A DNA stretch of 27,582 bases from Candidatus Caldarchaeales archaeon (lineage in GTDB: Archaea > Thermoproteota > Nitrososphaeria_A > Caldarchaeales > Wolframiiraptoraceae), in the NCBI GenBank assembly GCA_039630055.1, contig JBCNVN010000021.1:1-27582 (forward strand), given 5' to 3'. Positions 7,637 through 16,516 of the stretch are shown here, piece after piece. The notes under the pieces were generated by a model. It ran no database searches, had not been told where the DNA came from, and saw nothing but the letters and a program-made list of their open reading frames with translations. The first letter of the stretch is position 1, and each line of letters starts with the position of its first letter. The position numbers and the translations under genes were made by a program.

Positions 7637-9583
7637 ATGTTTTATGATGATGGGAAGATATCAGAGGAGGTTAAAGAAGAGAGAAGAAGAGAATTATGGA
7701 TTTATCTGGTCATGTTTCTAGGTCTCAGCATACTACTAGGCGGTTCTCTCGATCTATTCTTTCAGGGAGGACCTCTTCTATTCAATATACCCCGCATCAA
7801 TGAACCGATAACCTTGTCAAAAATAATATATTATATATCGATCATTATTTCAAGCTTATACATTGGACTTATCGGGCTGAGAAAGCTCGTATTTGAGAAG
7901 AGGTTTTCAGTAGAGTTTCTAATGTCTGTAGCGGCTTTAGGGGCTACATATCTAGGTCTCCTTTTTGAAGGTTCAATGGTTCTCCTCCTCTACTCCTTGT
8001 CAGAACATCTTGAAGATCACATCCAAGATAGGGCTAGAAGAACCATTGAGAAGCTTTCACAATTCATTCCCACCAGAGCAAGAGTGATCACAAATGGTTC
8101 AGAGAAGATTGTTGACTTAAAGGAGGTCCAGCCCGATATGGTGATCTTAGTGAAACCTGGAGAGAGGGTTCCGCTCGACGGGATAGTGGTCGAGGGAGCC
8201 TCTATGGTTGATCAATCACTTGTCACAGGCGAGTCTACACCTATCTTGAGAAAGAATGGTGATGAAGTCTATGCTGGTACACTGAATTTAACAGGAGTTC
8301 TCAATATTCTTGTAACCAAAGGCTCAGAAGATACACTGATTTCTAGAATTGTAGAGCTGGTCATCGAGTCTAGGAAGAGAAAAACGTCTATAGAGAGGTT
8401 GGTAGATAAGTTTGCCCGTATCTATGTTCCGATCATTATCTCTCTTGCAATTTTTACAGTTGTCTTCGGCCCAATTATAGCTGGAGGAACATTTAATGAG
8501 TGGTTATACAGGTCTCTAATACTTCTTGTGGTCTCATGTCCGAGCGCTTTTGTAATCTCTGTTCCAGCAACCATCTTTACAGCGGTAACTATAGCTGCTA
8601 GGAAAGGGGCCATAATCAAGGGTGGAGAACATGTGGAGAAGATGGCCAATGTAAAAGCTGTCTTGTTTGATAAAACAGGTACCTTGACATTGGGGACACT
8701 CAGAGTCCACGAGGTTAAGACTCTGACGGAGCTTGATGAGAGAGAAGTATTAACATATGCTGCTGCTCTAGAACAGTTTTCAAATCATCCTATCGCTAAG
8801 GCTATTGTTAAGAAGGCTGTAGAGATGGGGCTGAGATTCGATAGTCTAGAGGTTAGAGATGTGGAGGAGTTTCCAGGTAAAGGGGTTAAAGGCTATGTTA
8901 ATGGTGTTCAGATAGTTATAGGAAATAAAGACCTGATAAAGCAGTATTCTTTCAACTGTGATAGGATAATCGATCTTAATGAGGAAGATAAGCATACCCT
9001 CATATACATTTCTGTGAATAAGGTTTGTAGAGCTTCTATCTGTCTAATCGATGATGTTAGGCGAGATGCTTTAGAAGCTGTAGAAGCCTTGAGGAAGATG
9101 GGTATCCATACAGCGATGCTTACTGGAGACAACCGGGAAATAGCTAGAGAGATTGCGGAAAGACTCAGATTAGAAGAGGTATATTCTGAGCTCTTTCCCG
9201 AAGATAAATTGAAAATTATAGAGAAGATGAAGAAAGAGTATGGGATGGTGGTTATGATAGGGGATGGCGTTAATGATGCTCCTGCTCTTACAGCTTCAGA
9301 TGTAGGGATGGCGATGGGTGGAAGTGGTGTTGATATTGCTCTAGAATCAGCCGATATCATACTGGTTAGAGATGAACTTATTCAGGTACCCTATCTAATT
9401 AGGCTAAGCCAGAAAACTGTAAGAGTTGCTAAACAGAGCACGGCCTTCTCGCTTGGAGTTAAACTAGTTCTAGGTGTTTTGGGGCTGATGGGCTTAATCC
9501 CTCTATGGCTTACGGTAGCCGCAGGCGATGACGGACTAACGATGCTGGTACTATTAAATACTCTACGTCTAACTAGGATATAA
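7637..9583 (+). CDS. Heavy-metal P1B-type ATPase (ZntA/CadA-like, CPS motif, no N-terminal metal-binding domain)
   Basis: TGES, SCPSAF, DKTGTLT, S-x-HP, TGDN, GDGVNDAPAL; Lys in the penultimate TM (GVKL) and DDG in the last TM. Confidence 0.93.
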   Translation: MFYDDGKISEEVKEERRRELWIYLVMFLGLSILLGGSLDLFFQGGPLLFNIPRINEPITLSKIIYYISIIISSLYIGLIGLRKLVFEKRFSVEFLMSVAALGATYLGLLFEGSMVLLLYSLSEHLEDHIQDRARRTIEKLSQFIPTRARVITNGSEKIVDLKEVQPDMVILVKPGERVPLDGIVVEGASMVDQSLVTGESTPILRKNGDEVYAGTLNLTGVLNILVTKGSEDTLISRIVELVIESRKRKTSIERLVDKFARIYVPIIISLAIFTVVFGPIIAGGTFNEWLYRSLILLVVSCPSAFVISVPATIFTAVTIAARKGAIIKGGEHVEKMANVKAVLFDKTGTLTLGTLRVHEVKTLTELDEREVLTYAAALEQFSNHPIAKAIVKKAVEMGLRFDSLEVRDVEEFPGKGVKGYVNGVQIVIGNKDLIKQYSFNCDRIIDLNEEDKHTLIYISVNKVCRASICLIDDVRRDALEAVEALRKMGIHTAMLTGDNREIAREIAERLRLEEVYSELFPEDKLKIIEKMKKEYGMVVMIGDGVNDAPALTASDVGMAMGGSGVDIALESADIILVRDELIQVPYLIRLSQKTVRVAKQSTAFSLGVKLVLGVLGLMGLIPLWLTVAAGDDGLTMLVLLNTLRLTRI

Positions 9584-9968
9584 TCCCAATAGAATAAACT
9601 TAACCTCTTTACTCACTCCCAAAATTATAAATCTAGTTCTATATGCTATAATCTGGCTGCTAGTCGGCTTCCACCTTTACAGAAGTCTCATAGAGACATA
9701 GGATAGTATTGTCTCGGTTTTTCAGCGGATAGAACTTTGAAGGAGAAACTGGAGGCCTATGCAAGACAACTATTAGAATACCTTTATCATTTGGAGAGGT
9801 CGGAGCTTATCGGATGACTCAAAAGAGAGGGAAAGATAGAGAATAGTTATTAAACTATTAGTCTAGCCTACTAGGCTCCAAAACTCTTTATAATATGCTA
9901 ATGTTAAGAATAGAGGACAATGTAAATCATTATATAAGACTTTTGATTGAGATGTTACTGAGGAAGGT

Positions 9969-10664
9969 ATGACTATTGAAGTGTTCTTCGAGCCGGGTGC
10001 TGAGGACATGTATGTTGATGGAGCTACCCTGGTCGAGGGGCTACCTGGAGTAGGGCTAGTGGCCAAGGTCTCTGTAGCATATATTTTAAGTAAGCTTGAA
10101 GCTAGAAAAATCTGTAGATTCTACTCCTCTTACTTTCCCTCATTAATCTATGCCCAAGATGGTAAACTTATAAATAGTTTTGCCGATCTATACCTGGTTA
10201 AAAAGCCGGTGCCGTTAATATTCTTATATGGTAATTCGCAACCAGCCTCAAGCTATGGTCAATACGAGCTATGCGAAAAAGTACTAGATATTGCTACAGA
10301 GCTAGGTGTAAAATTCGTAGTAACTCTAGGTGGATATGGTAAAGAAGAAGTCTCGGAGGCTAGAGAGGTATACATATCCTCCACACGTCCTGAAACTATT
10401 CGAAGAGTTATCAGTAAGATCCCTGCAAAAATATATGCAGGTCAGATAGTAGGTGCGGCAGGTTTACTGATAGCCTTGGCTGAGGAGCGAGGTCTAGACA
10501 ATCTATCAATGCTGGTGGAGGCATCTCAGATGACTCCAGATTACTATGCGGCTAGAAGGTCTATAGAGTCTGTAAATACTCTACTAGATATTGGGCTGGA
10601 TGTTGGAGATGTAGACGAGATCTCTAAGACGTATATCTCGATGCTCTATAAGATAGAGTTCTAG
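9969..10664 (+). CDS. Proteasome assembly chaperone PAC2 family protein
   Basis: LVEGLPGVGLVAK, GNSQP-x4-GQYEL, VTLGGY, GQIVGAAGLL, PDYYAA motifs; TATA-like TTATATAA and GAGG upstream. Confidence 0.88.
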   Translation: MTIEVFFEPGAEDMYVDGATLVEGLPGVGLVAKVSVAYILSKLEARKICRFYSSYFPSLIYAQDGKLINSFADLYLVKKPVPLIFLYGNSQPASSYGQYELCEKVLDIATELGVKFVVTLGGYGKEEVSEAREVYISSTRPETIRRVISKIPAKIYAGQIVGAAGLLIALAEERGLDNLSMLVEASQMTPDYYAARRSIESVNTLLDIGLDVGDVDEISKTYISMLYKIEF

Positions 10665-10678
10665 TGGAAATGTAGAAG

Positions 10679-11377
10679 ATGAGAGCTGGAAGACAGAATT
10701 TAATCGGTGGAGGCATATATGTTGAAGAATTCTTCGGAACCGTTGAGGTCGGATTATTTGCTACCACAACAGACCAGATATGCATTGTCCCCCCTAACAC
10801 GAAGCTTAGGCATGAGAGGCTTATAGAGAAAGCTCTAGGAGTAGAGATAGTTAAAACAACTATTGCCGGTTCTTTCTTGATAGGCCCTCTAGTAGTTGGA
10901 AATAGTAATGGACTGGTGCTTTCACCTATAATACTGGATGAAGAACTGGAAAAGATTAAAAGATCCTTCAAAGATTTAAACACCCTAGTATTGGAGAGCA
11001 AGTATACCGCCGTTGGAAATCTTATACTCGTAAATGATAGAGCGGCCCTGGCAAGCTCTTACTTCAATAAACATGAAATAAATATGATTCAAGATACTCT
11101 AGGAGTAGAGGTTTTACAGGGGATGATTGCTAATAGACCCTACGTTGGATCGATCTCTGTAGTAACAAATAATGGTGGGCTCGTACATGTACAAACAACC
11201 CCGGAAGAAGAAAAGAACCTATCAGAACTCTTCAAGGTCGAATTCCTAACAGGGACCGTCAATGATGGCATACCATTTATAAGAAGTGGCGTTATAGCAA
11301 ATAGTAAAGGTGTTATCGTTGGAGCAAGAACAACCGGCCCAGAGCTTATGATACTCTCTAGAGCTCTCAAAGTATAG
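10679..11377 (+). CDS. eif6: Translation initiation factor 6 (aIF6)
   Basis: Pentein repeats: TIAGS-x-LIG-x-LVVGNSNG, KYTAVGNLILVND, NNGGLVH, GTVNDG-x-PFIRSG, GARTTGPEL. The true start may lie a few codons downstream. Confidence 0.92.
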   Translation: MRAGRQNLIGGGIYVEEFFGTVEVGLFATTTDQICIVPPNTKLRHERLIEKALGVEIVKTTIAGSFLIGPLVVGNSNGLVLSPIILDEELEKIKRSFKDLNTLVLESKYTAVGNLILVNDRAALASSYFNKHEINMIQDTLGVEVLQGMIANRPYVGSISVVTNNGGLVHVQTTPEEEKNLSELFKVEFLTGTVNDGIPFIRSGVIANSKGVIVGARTTGPELMILSRALKV

Positions 11378-11400
11378 TTAGAGAGAAAAGAGCATATTCT

Positions 11401-11715
11401 CTAGACATATATCTGGATATGTGGTATTCCACCTATCTTCATAATGGCCTTCTCCATGATTATCCCCCTCGTTACAGCATATTTTACGATCAATTCTCCG
11501 AGTAGGTTTATTATAGTTGCCTGTCTAAGATAGTTGGGAAGATCTTCCTCTCTAACCAAAACGTCTCCATAAAATGCCTTGCTTACTTCTACTGAGAATC
11601 CTTCAACAATGTTTATCCTTTTCCCAAGAAGTTCTTCATCACATATTGCAACTACCGTTTCACCAGTTTTAGAATGGTGTACCTTGACCCAGAATCTCTT
11701 ATCCATCTCTAACAC
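11401..11715 (-). CDS. DUF424 family protein
   Basis: VKVH, VVAICDEELLG, FYG, ATIINLLG, IGGIPHIQ pattern. Confidence 0.85.
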   Translation of the reverse strand: MLEMDKRFWVKVHHSKTGETVVAICDEELLGKRINIVEGFSVEVSKAFYGDVLVREEDLPNYLRQATIINLLGELIVKYAVTRGIIMEKAIMKIGGIPHIQIYV

Positions 11716-11888
11716 TTCTCCAGATCACACTAACGATACTCAGCCTCTCATAATATTATCTAAAATCATCGTATTTATCATTTTCTAATCATAAAATTGA
11801 GCCGAGATTCTAACCTTAAAGATAGGTAGATTGCGGTCTCAATAGAAAGGTATTTTTTAGACATGTTGTATATCTAGATAGTAAAAGC

Positions 11889-12617
11889 ATGGTCGAGAAA
11901 TCGGTTGACCAAACCGCTGGAGAGATCTTGATGAGTAGGATAGCTGGAGAGATTATTCTATCTGATTTTCCTGGATCGGTTATGAAGAAATGGAGACAAT
12001 TATTTGAATTAAATCAGAGTGAACTGGCTAAATATATGAATGTTTCATCCTCCGTATTGAGTGATTATGAGAATAATAGGAGGAAGTCTCCTGGAGCAGG
12101 CTTCATCAAGAAGTTTGTCTCAGCCTTGATAAATGCCGACATGCAGAGAGGAGGAGTACATATTAAGAGATACTCTATACTTCATAGAGATCTAAGTGTA
12201 GCAGTATTAGATATGAATGAGTTTAAGACTCCTATAAGCATTAGAAAGATAGTGGAAGCATTGAAGGGGGTTTTACTAGTTGGTAGAGAATGGGATAATG
12301 AGCTAGTATATGGATATACGGTTGTTGACAGCCTCTCAGCTATAAAAAACTTGGAGGCATCAGATCTCTTATACCTCTTCGGTAAGAACCCTACTAGAGT
12401 AATAATCTTCACAAAGGTTAGTAGGGGGAGGTCTCCTATGGTCGCTGTCCGCCTATACCCGATAAAGCCGAAGATGATTGTAATCCATGGTCCAAAGATC
12501 TCTGAAGAAGTAGATAGTTTCGCTATAGAGTTAGCAGAATTGGAGCGGATCCCGTTCTGTCTATCCCTCTTAAATTCTCCAGAAGAAATAGTTGAGAATC
12601 TTAGGAGGCTTATCTAA
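11889..12617 (+). CDS. XRE-type HTH transcriptional regulator (COG1709-like)
   Basis: IAGEIILS-x2-PG-x2-MKKWR, Q-x-ELA-x5-SSSVLSDYE-x-NRRKSPG, GYTVVDS, IFTKVSRGRSPMVAVR. Confidence 0.87.
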   Translation: MVEKSVDQTAGEILMSRIAGEIILSDFPGSVMKKWRQLFELNQSELAKYMNVSSSVLSDYENNRRKSPGAGFIKKFVSALINADMQRGGVHIKRYSILHRDLSVAVLDMNEFKTPISIRKIVEALKGVLLVGREWDNELVYGYTVVDSLSAIKNLEASDLLYLFGKNPTRVIIFTKVSRGRSPMVAVRLYPIKPKMIVIHGPKISEEVDSFAIELAELERIPFCLSLLNSPEEIVENLRRLI

Positions 12618-12738
12618 AAATACTATATGTAAATTAGAGCTTATCTTTAATCCAATATTCTTGATTGTCTATCTTAGTATTGATGTTTCAAGCATGTTTC
12701 CAGGATTCAACCATATAGAGTTTCAATGAATAATAATT

Positions 12739-12745
12739 AAAAAAA
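12739..12745 (-). terminator. Oligo-T tract (T7), candidate archaeal terminator of the surface-protein gene
   Basis: TTTTTTT on the minus strand, about 30 nt past the stop at 12773. Confidence 0.4.
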
Positions 12746-12772
12746 TGAGGAGTGAGTTAGATTGTTTAAGTT

Positions 12773-14431
12773 TTAAGATTTTTTCTTTAACAAGAGGATC
12801 CTCATGGGAGCTATAGAGGCGAGGGCCATGACCGATAGAACTATGATGGAGGAGGCTACCATCATGAGGAGAGAGGAGGCCATAACCTCGGCCAAGATGA
12901 ATAATCCTAGACCGATCATCAGGATGATAGATAGGTATACTAGGTTAAGATCGATCCTTCTAACCTTATGCTTTACGATCAGGGTCATTGCCAAGACTAT
13001 GGGACTGATGTAGACAAGCCCTATCAAGGAGCTTGCAATCAATCCTCCTATCAAAACTGCCAACTCAGGCATGGCTGAAAACGGCTCTGCTGAAAGCTTG
13101 GAGATATCTAGGATCCATAGAAGAGGATATATCGAGATTCTTATGAAGGTTCTTAGATACTCATTCTCATGCTCTGCTTGTGCTATGTAGGGGCTCCAAG
13201 AATAGTAGAATGCATGGAATGCCTTCATAAAGTTCTCTCCAGCAAAGGTCTCCATAACAAAGCCATCTCTAAACTCTCTAAGGGCTTGAACTTGTGGAGC
13301 GATCTCAGAACCGAAAGCGGCAGTAGCTATAAGACATCTGCCTGTAACTCTCTCAATCACCGTTACAGTCGAGATAGATGTAACAGTTTCTTTAATGGTT
13401 TGAGTTGTAGCAGCGCCAGGGACGGTCGTAGCTTGAGTTATTGTGATTGTCTCGGAAGGAGCTGTACTAATCGTAGTCACAGTCTCAGTAACAGTTTCAG
13501 TAATTGTCTCCGCCGCTACAGTAGTCGTAGTCATTAAAGTCGTGGTCATCGTAGTAGTTCTCGTTACCGTCGTGGCCACGGTCTCAGTAGTGGTCTCAGT
13601 AGCGGTTGTTGTTATCGTTGATGGAGGCATAGTGGTCGTCGATGTAACGGTGCTAGTCGTAGTCATAGTAGTAGTACTAGTAACTGTGCTAGTAACGGTA
13701 GTTGTTAAGATGTCTAGCTCTGCCCAGTCGAAAGAGGCTTCACATCCCCCACACGTCATCAATCCAACGCCTCCAGTAGGGTTAAGGGTACTTGTTATAT
13801 CAATTACCCTTTTATCTGCGATGTAGACTTGGATGCTTGAACCCTGAACTCTAACTGATAGGCGGAACACAGAATTTATATCCACATCACTCGGGAAGTC
13901 TACAGTTCTTAATACTGCTTCTGAAGGATTTGTAGGGTCTTCATATACACTAGCTAGCGTTACTTTCATTGTATCCTTCATGACACGAACTTCGTAATGT
14001 GTCCAGTATCTTTCTTGTGATCCAGGCATGGCTCTGAAGATTATCCCTCCTCCCTTACTATCTATCTTGATACCAACAGCGAAGAGGTAGTCACTGGGTC
14101 CTTCATAGCTTGGAGGCCAAGGTTTGGAGAATACTCGATAATAATCTAGGATCACCTTTGAGCTGAAAACTCCTCCACTAGACTGAATCTTATAGGCTCC
14201 GCCAGCTATACTATATGTGGCAGGCGTCAAAGACTCTTGAACCCAGATATCGGGCCCATCCCGTCCTGGGTAGGTTCTAGCTTCATAATTGTTGAAGTTG
14301 TCGTAGAATACGATTTGCTCAGCTTCGATTGCTCTTATTATGACCGTTAAAGATAAAAGTGTTAGCAAGAATATTATAGAAAGAATAGTTTTTTGGTCCC
14401 TCAATTTAGAGGGGGTTCTCATTTTTCTCAC
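12773..14431 (-). CDS. Cell-surface protein: signal peptide, ConA/DUF1080-like beta-sandwich, Thr-rich linker, CFI-box-CTERM domain and C-terminal TM helices
   Basis: Basic N-terminus plus hydrophobic signal; GIIFR...L-x-V-x-VQG-x2-I-x-VY...GGVGL...FD pattern; about 120 aa Thr-rich tract; GRCLIATAAFGSEIAPQVQALREFRD...G-x2-FM-x2-F-x3-YYSWSP-x-IA. Confidence 0.88.
   Translation of the reverse strand: MRKMRTPSKLRDQKTILSIIFLLTLLSLTVIIRAIEAEQIVFYDNFNNYEARTYPGRDGPDIWVQESLTPATYSIAGGAYKIQSSGGVFSSKVILDYYRVFSKPWPPSYEGPSDYLFAVGIKIDSKGGGIIFRAMPGSQERYWTHYEVRVMKDTMKVTLASVYEDPTNPSEAVLRTVDFPSDVDINSVFRLSVRVQGSSIQVYIADKRVIDITSTLNPTGGVGLMTCGGCEASFDWAELDILTTTVTSTVTSTTTMTTTSTVTSTTTMPPSTITTTATETTTETVATTVTRTTTMTTTLMTTTTVAAETITETVTETVTTISTAPSETITITQATTVPGAATTQTIKETVTSISTVTVIERVTGRCLIATAAFGSEIAPQVQALREFRDGFVMETFAGENFMKAFHAFYYSWSPYIAQAEHENEYLRTFIRISIYPLLWILDISKLSAEPFSAMPELAVLIGGLIASSLIGLVYISPIVLAMTLIVKHKVRRIDLNLVYLSIILMIGLGLFILAEVMASSLLMMVASSIIVLSVMALASIAPMRILLLKKKS
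13343..13705 (-). repeat. Thr-rich low-complexity linker (TSTVTSTTTM twice, ETV/ETI units)
   Basis: Runs of ACN codons, seen on the plus strand as gtagtagtc/gttgtt repeats. Confidence 0.85.
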
Positions 14432-14599
14432 CTAGTTAACGGGAGAACATGAAAAAAGGGCTAATTAAGTTTTTATACTAGATCGGGTCAAGGTAATACG
14501 GCTTCATCGATCTACATCTACCATCTTAGTCTTTTCTGTAGCGACTTCCCAGTTTTTCAGATGTTTAGCATATATTCTTCTCTATAATATTTTAGATCT

Positions 14600-15538
14600 A
14601 TGGTTAAACCTGTTAAAGATATCAAGATCAGACCTGGGATAACTGTTTCAGAACTAGTTGAGCAGATGAGAGATGCTGGAGGATTCGCTGCTCTATATCT
14701 GGGAAAAGCTGTAGAAGTACTTAGAGAGATGATTAGAGATGCTGAGTGTGTGAGGTTCCTATCATTTGTAGGTGCACCTATCAGTACAGGTCTTAGAGGT
14801 GTAATAACAGAGCTCATAAAGAATAAGCTATTCGATGTGATAATAACGACGTGTGGTGCTCTAGACCATGATATCGCTAGGTCTCTGAGAGAATATTATG
14901 AAGGAGATTTCTGGATGGATGATGAAGTACTTAAAGAAAAAGGATTCCATAGACTTGGATCAGTATTGATACCCGTCGAAAACTATGGGCCATTAATAGA
15001 AGAATTTATGCAGAAGATTCTAGAAGAAGAATATTCTAAAGGATTGAGAGAAGTCTCCAGTAGTAGTCTAGCCAGTCTTATAGGAGAGAAGATAACTGAT
15101 GAGAGAAGCTTCTTGAAGTGGGCGGCTGAGAAGAGAGTCCAAGTATTTGTTCCAGGGATACTTGATGGAGCTGTAGGTACGCAGATCTGGCTATTCCAAC
15201 AGAAGCATAGAGATTTCAAATTGAATCTTCTACAAGATTTCGATAAGCTCTCAGAGATAGTCTTCAAGGCTAAGAGTAGTGGAGCATTGATGATCGGCGG
15301 AGGCATTAGTAAGCATCATCTTCTATGGTGGAACCAATTTAAAGATGGATTGGATTATGCTGTATATATTACTACTGGATACGAGTATGATGGGAGCTTA
15401 AGTGGAGCCACTGTTAGAGAAGCGGTTTCATGGGGGAAGGTGAAGCCTCAGGCCATGAAAGTAACTGTACATGGAGATGCAACAATAATCCTACCGTTGA
15501 TCGCCTCAGCACTACTTGAATATAGAAATAATCCATGA
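14600..15538 (+). CDS. dys: Deoxyhypusine synthase
   Basis: GGF-x-A, ISTGLRG, ITTCGALDHD, DGAVG, IGGGISKHH, EYDGSLSGA-x3-EAVSWGK, HGDATIILPL. Confidence 0.96.
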   Translation: MVKPVKDIKIRPGITVSELVEQMRDAGGFAALYLGKAVEVLREMIRDAECVRFLSFVGAPISTGLRGVITELIKNKLFDVIITTCGALDHDIARSLREYYEGDFWMDDEVLKEKGFHRLGSVLIPVENYGPLIEEFMQKILEEEYSKGLREVSSSSLASLIGEKITDERSFLKWAAEKRVQVFVPGILDGAVGTQIWLFQQKHRDFKLNLLQDFDKLSEIVFKAKSSGALMIGGGISKHHLLWWNQFKDGLDYAVYITTGYEYDGSLSGATVREAVSWGKVKPQAMKVTVHGDATIILPLIASALLEYRNNP

Positions 15539-15580
15539 CTCTTCAGATGTCAATCAAAACTTATAAATAATTAGAGTAAG

Positions 15581-16021
15581 ATGGATGTGAGAGATTTGTC
15601 TCCTAGAAGGTTGGAGAGATCTGAAAAGAATAGAGTTCTTGCAGGAATCGTAGGCGGGTTAAGCGAGTATATCAATGTGGATGCTAACCTACTGAGATTG
15701 GTGGCCCTCATACTGTTTATCATCACACCTATACTGATGATAGTCCTCTATATTATTGGAGTATTCTTGATACCTAGAGCAGGTGAGGAGAAACCACTAG
15801 CAACATCATTTGATCTAGAGAGATATCTTCCCCTAATCATTGGAGTCGTATTAATCTTGATTGGTGCTTCTCTTCTAGGATCATTCGCTATAACACCAAT
15901 ACTCTGGCTCACTCCATTCTATGGATTTGAGATAGTTGCCAGGGCGATTGGAACAGTATTGGCTATAATATTAATAGTCATAGGAGCTGTTATCGCTATT
16001 CCTCTCCTGAGAAGATTGTAG
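15581..16021 (+). CDS. PspC domain-containing membrane protein
   Basis: RRLERSEKNRVLAGIVGGLSEY-x-NVDANLLRL...LYIIG-x-FLIP followed by two more TM segments; TATA-like TTATAAATA upstream. Confidence 0.88.
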   Translation: MDVRDLSPRRLERSEKNRVLAGIVGGLSEYINVDANLLRLVALILFIITPILMIVLYIIGVFLIPRAGEEKPLATSFDLERYLPLIIGVVLILIGASLLGSFAITPILWLTPFYGFEIVARAIGTVLAIILIVIGAVIAIPLLRRL

Positions 16022-16073
16022 TAGATGATTATCCCAATCTCACATATTTTTACTATATCATCATCCTCTTCTC

Positions 16074-16508
16074 TTATTTTTTACGTAGTTGTAGATGGAG
16101 GACACCGTTAAGATAGGTTCTTGTAAGAATCGATACTTTGTATGGTAGTTTCACTATACGTTTGAATCCTCCTCCACCTCTTACCAGCAGCTTCTCTCCT
16201 CTAAGCTCTACAACTACTTCTTCTTCAGGACCTGGAACTTGTGCCGTTAATAGTATCAACCCATCCTTCTCAATTAATTCTATCGGGTATTTCTCTACAT
16301 ATCTCCGACTTATCAAGGCTTTTCTCAACTCTCTAAACCAGTAGAATCCTAGTAGTGTTAACGCTATGACTAGGGCCAAGCCTAGAAGACTACGTTGAAA
16401 CCTAGCCGTAAGAGAGATTATTACTAGAACTAGAAATATTATTAATATAGCTGTGAATATCTTGGAGAATGTTGGCCCTGTTTTAATTCGAGATCTGCCT
16501 CCAGCCAT
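16074..16508 (-). CDS. Membrane-anchored Hsp20/alpha-crystallin-like protein
   Basis: Two N-terminal hydrophobic helices, then a short ACD: TAQVPGPEEEV-x-V, F-x-R-x-VKLP, TYLNGVLHLQL. Confidence 0.78.
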   Translation of the reverse strand: MAGGRSRIKTGPTFSKIFTAILIIFLVLVIISLTARFQRSLLGLALVIALTLLGFYWFRELRKALISRRYVEKYPIELIEKDGLILLTAQVPGPEEEVVVELRGEKLLVRGGGGFKRIVKLPYKVSILTRTYLNGVLHLQLRKK

Positions 16509-16516
16509 CTCGAGGT

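Noticed and set aside
12683-12730. ATGTTTCAAGC/ATGTTTCCAGG/GTTTCAAT resembling CRISPR repeat starts
   Set aside because: Units are only 7-11 bp, with no regular spacers and no cas genes.
13169-13826. Val-rich and Ser/Cys-rich plus-strand ORFs
   Set aside because: Reverse-complement artefacts of the Thr-codon tract.
14484-14512. Minus-strand ATGAAG...CCGA with a guide-like segment complementary to GGTAATAC of the 16S 530 loop
   Set aside because: Only about 8 nt match, and no convincing upstream C/D' pair.
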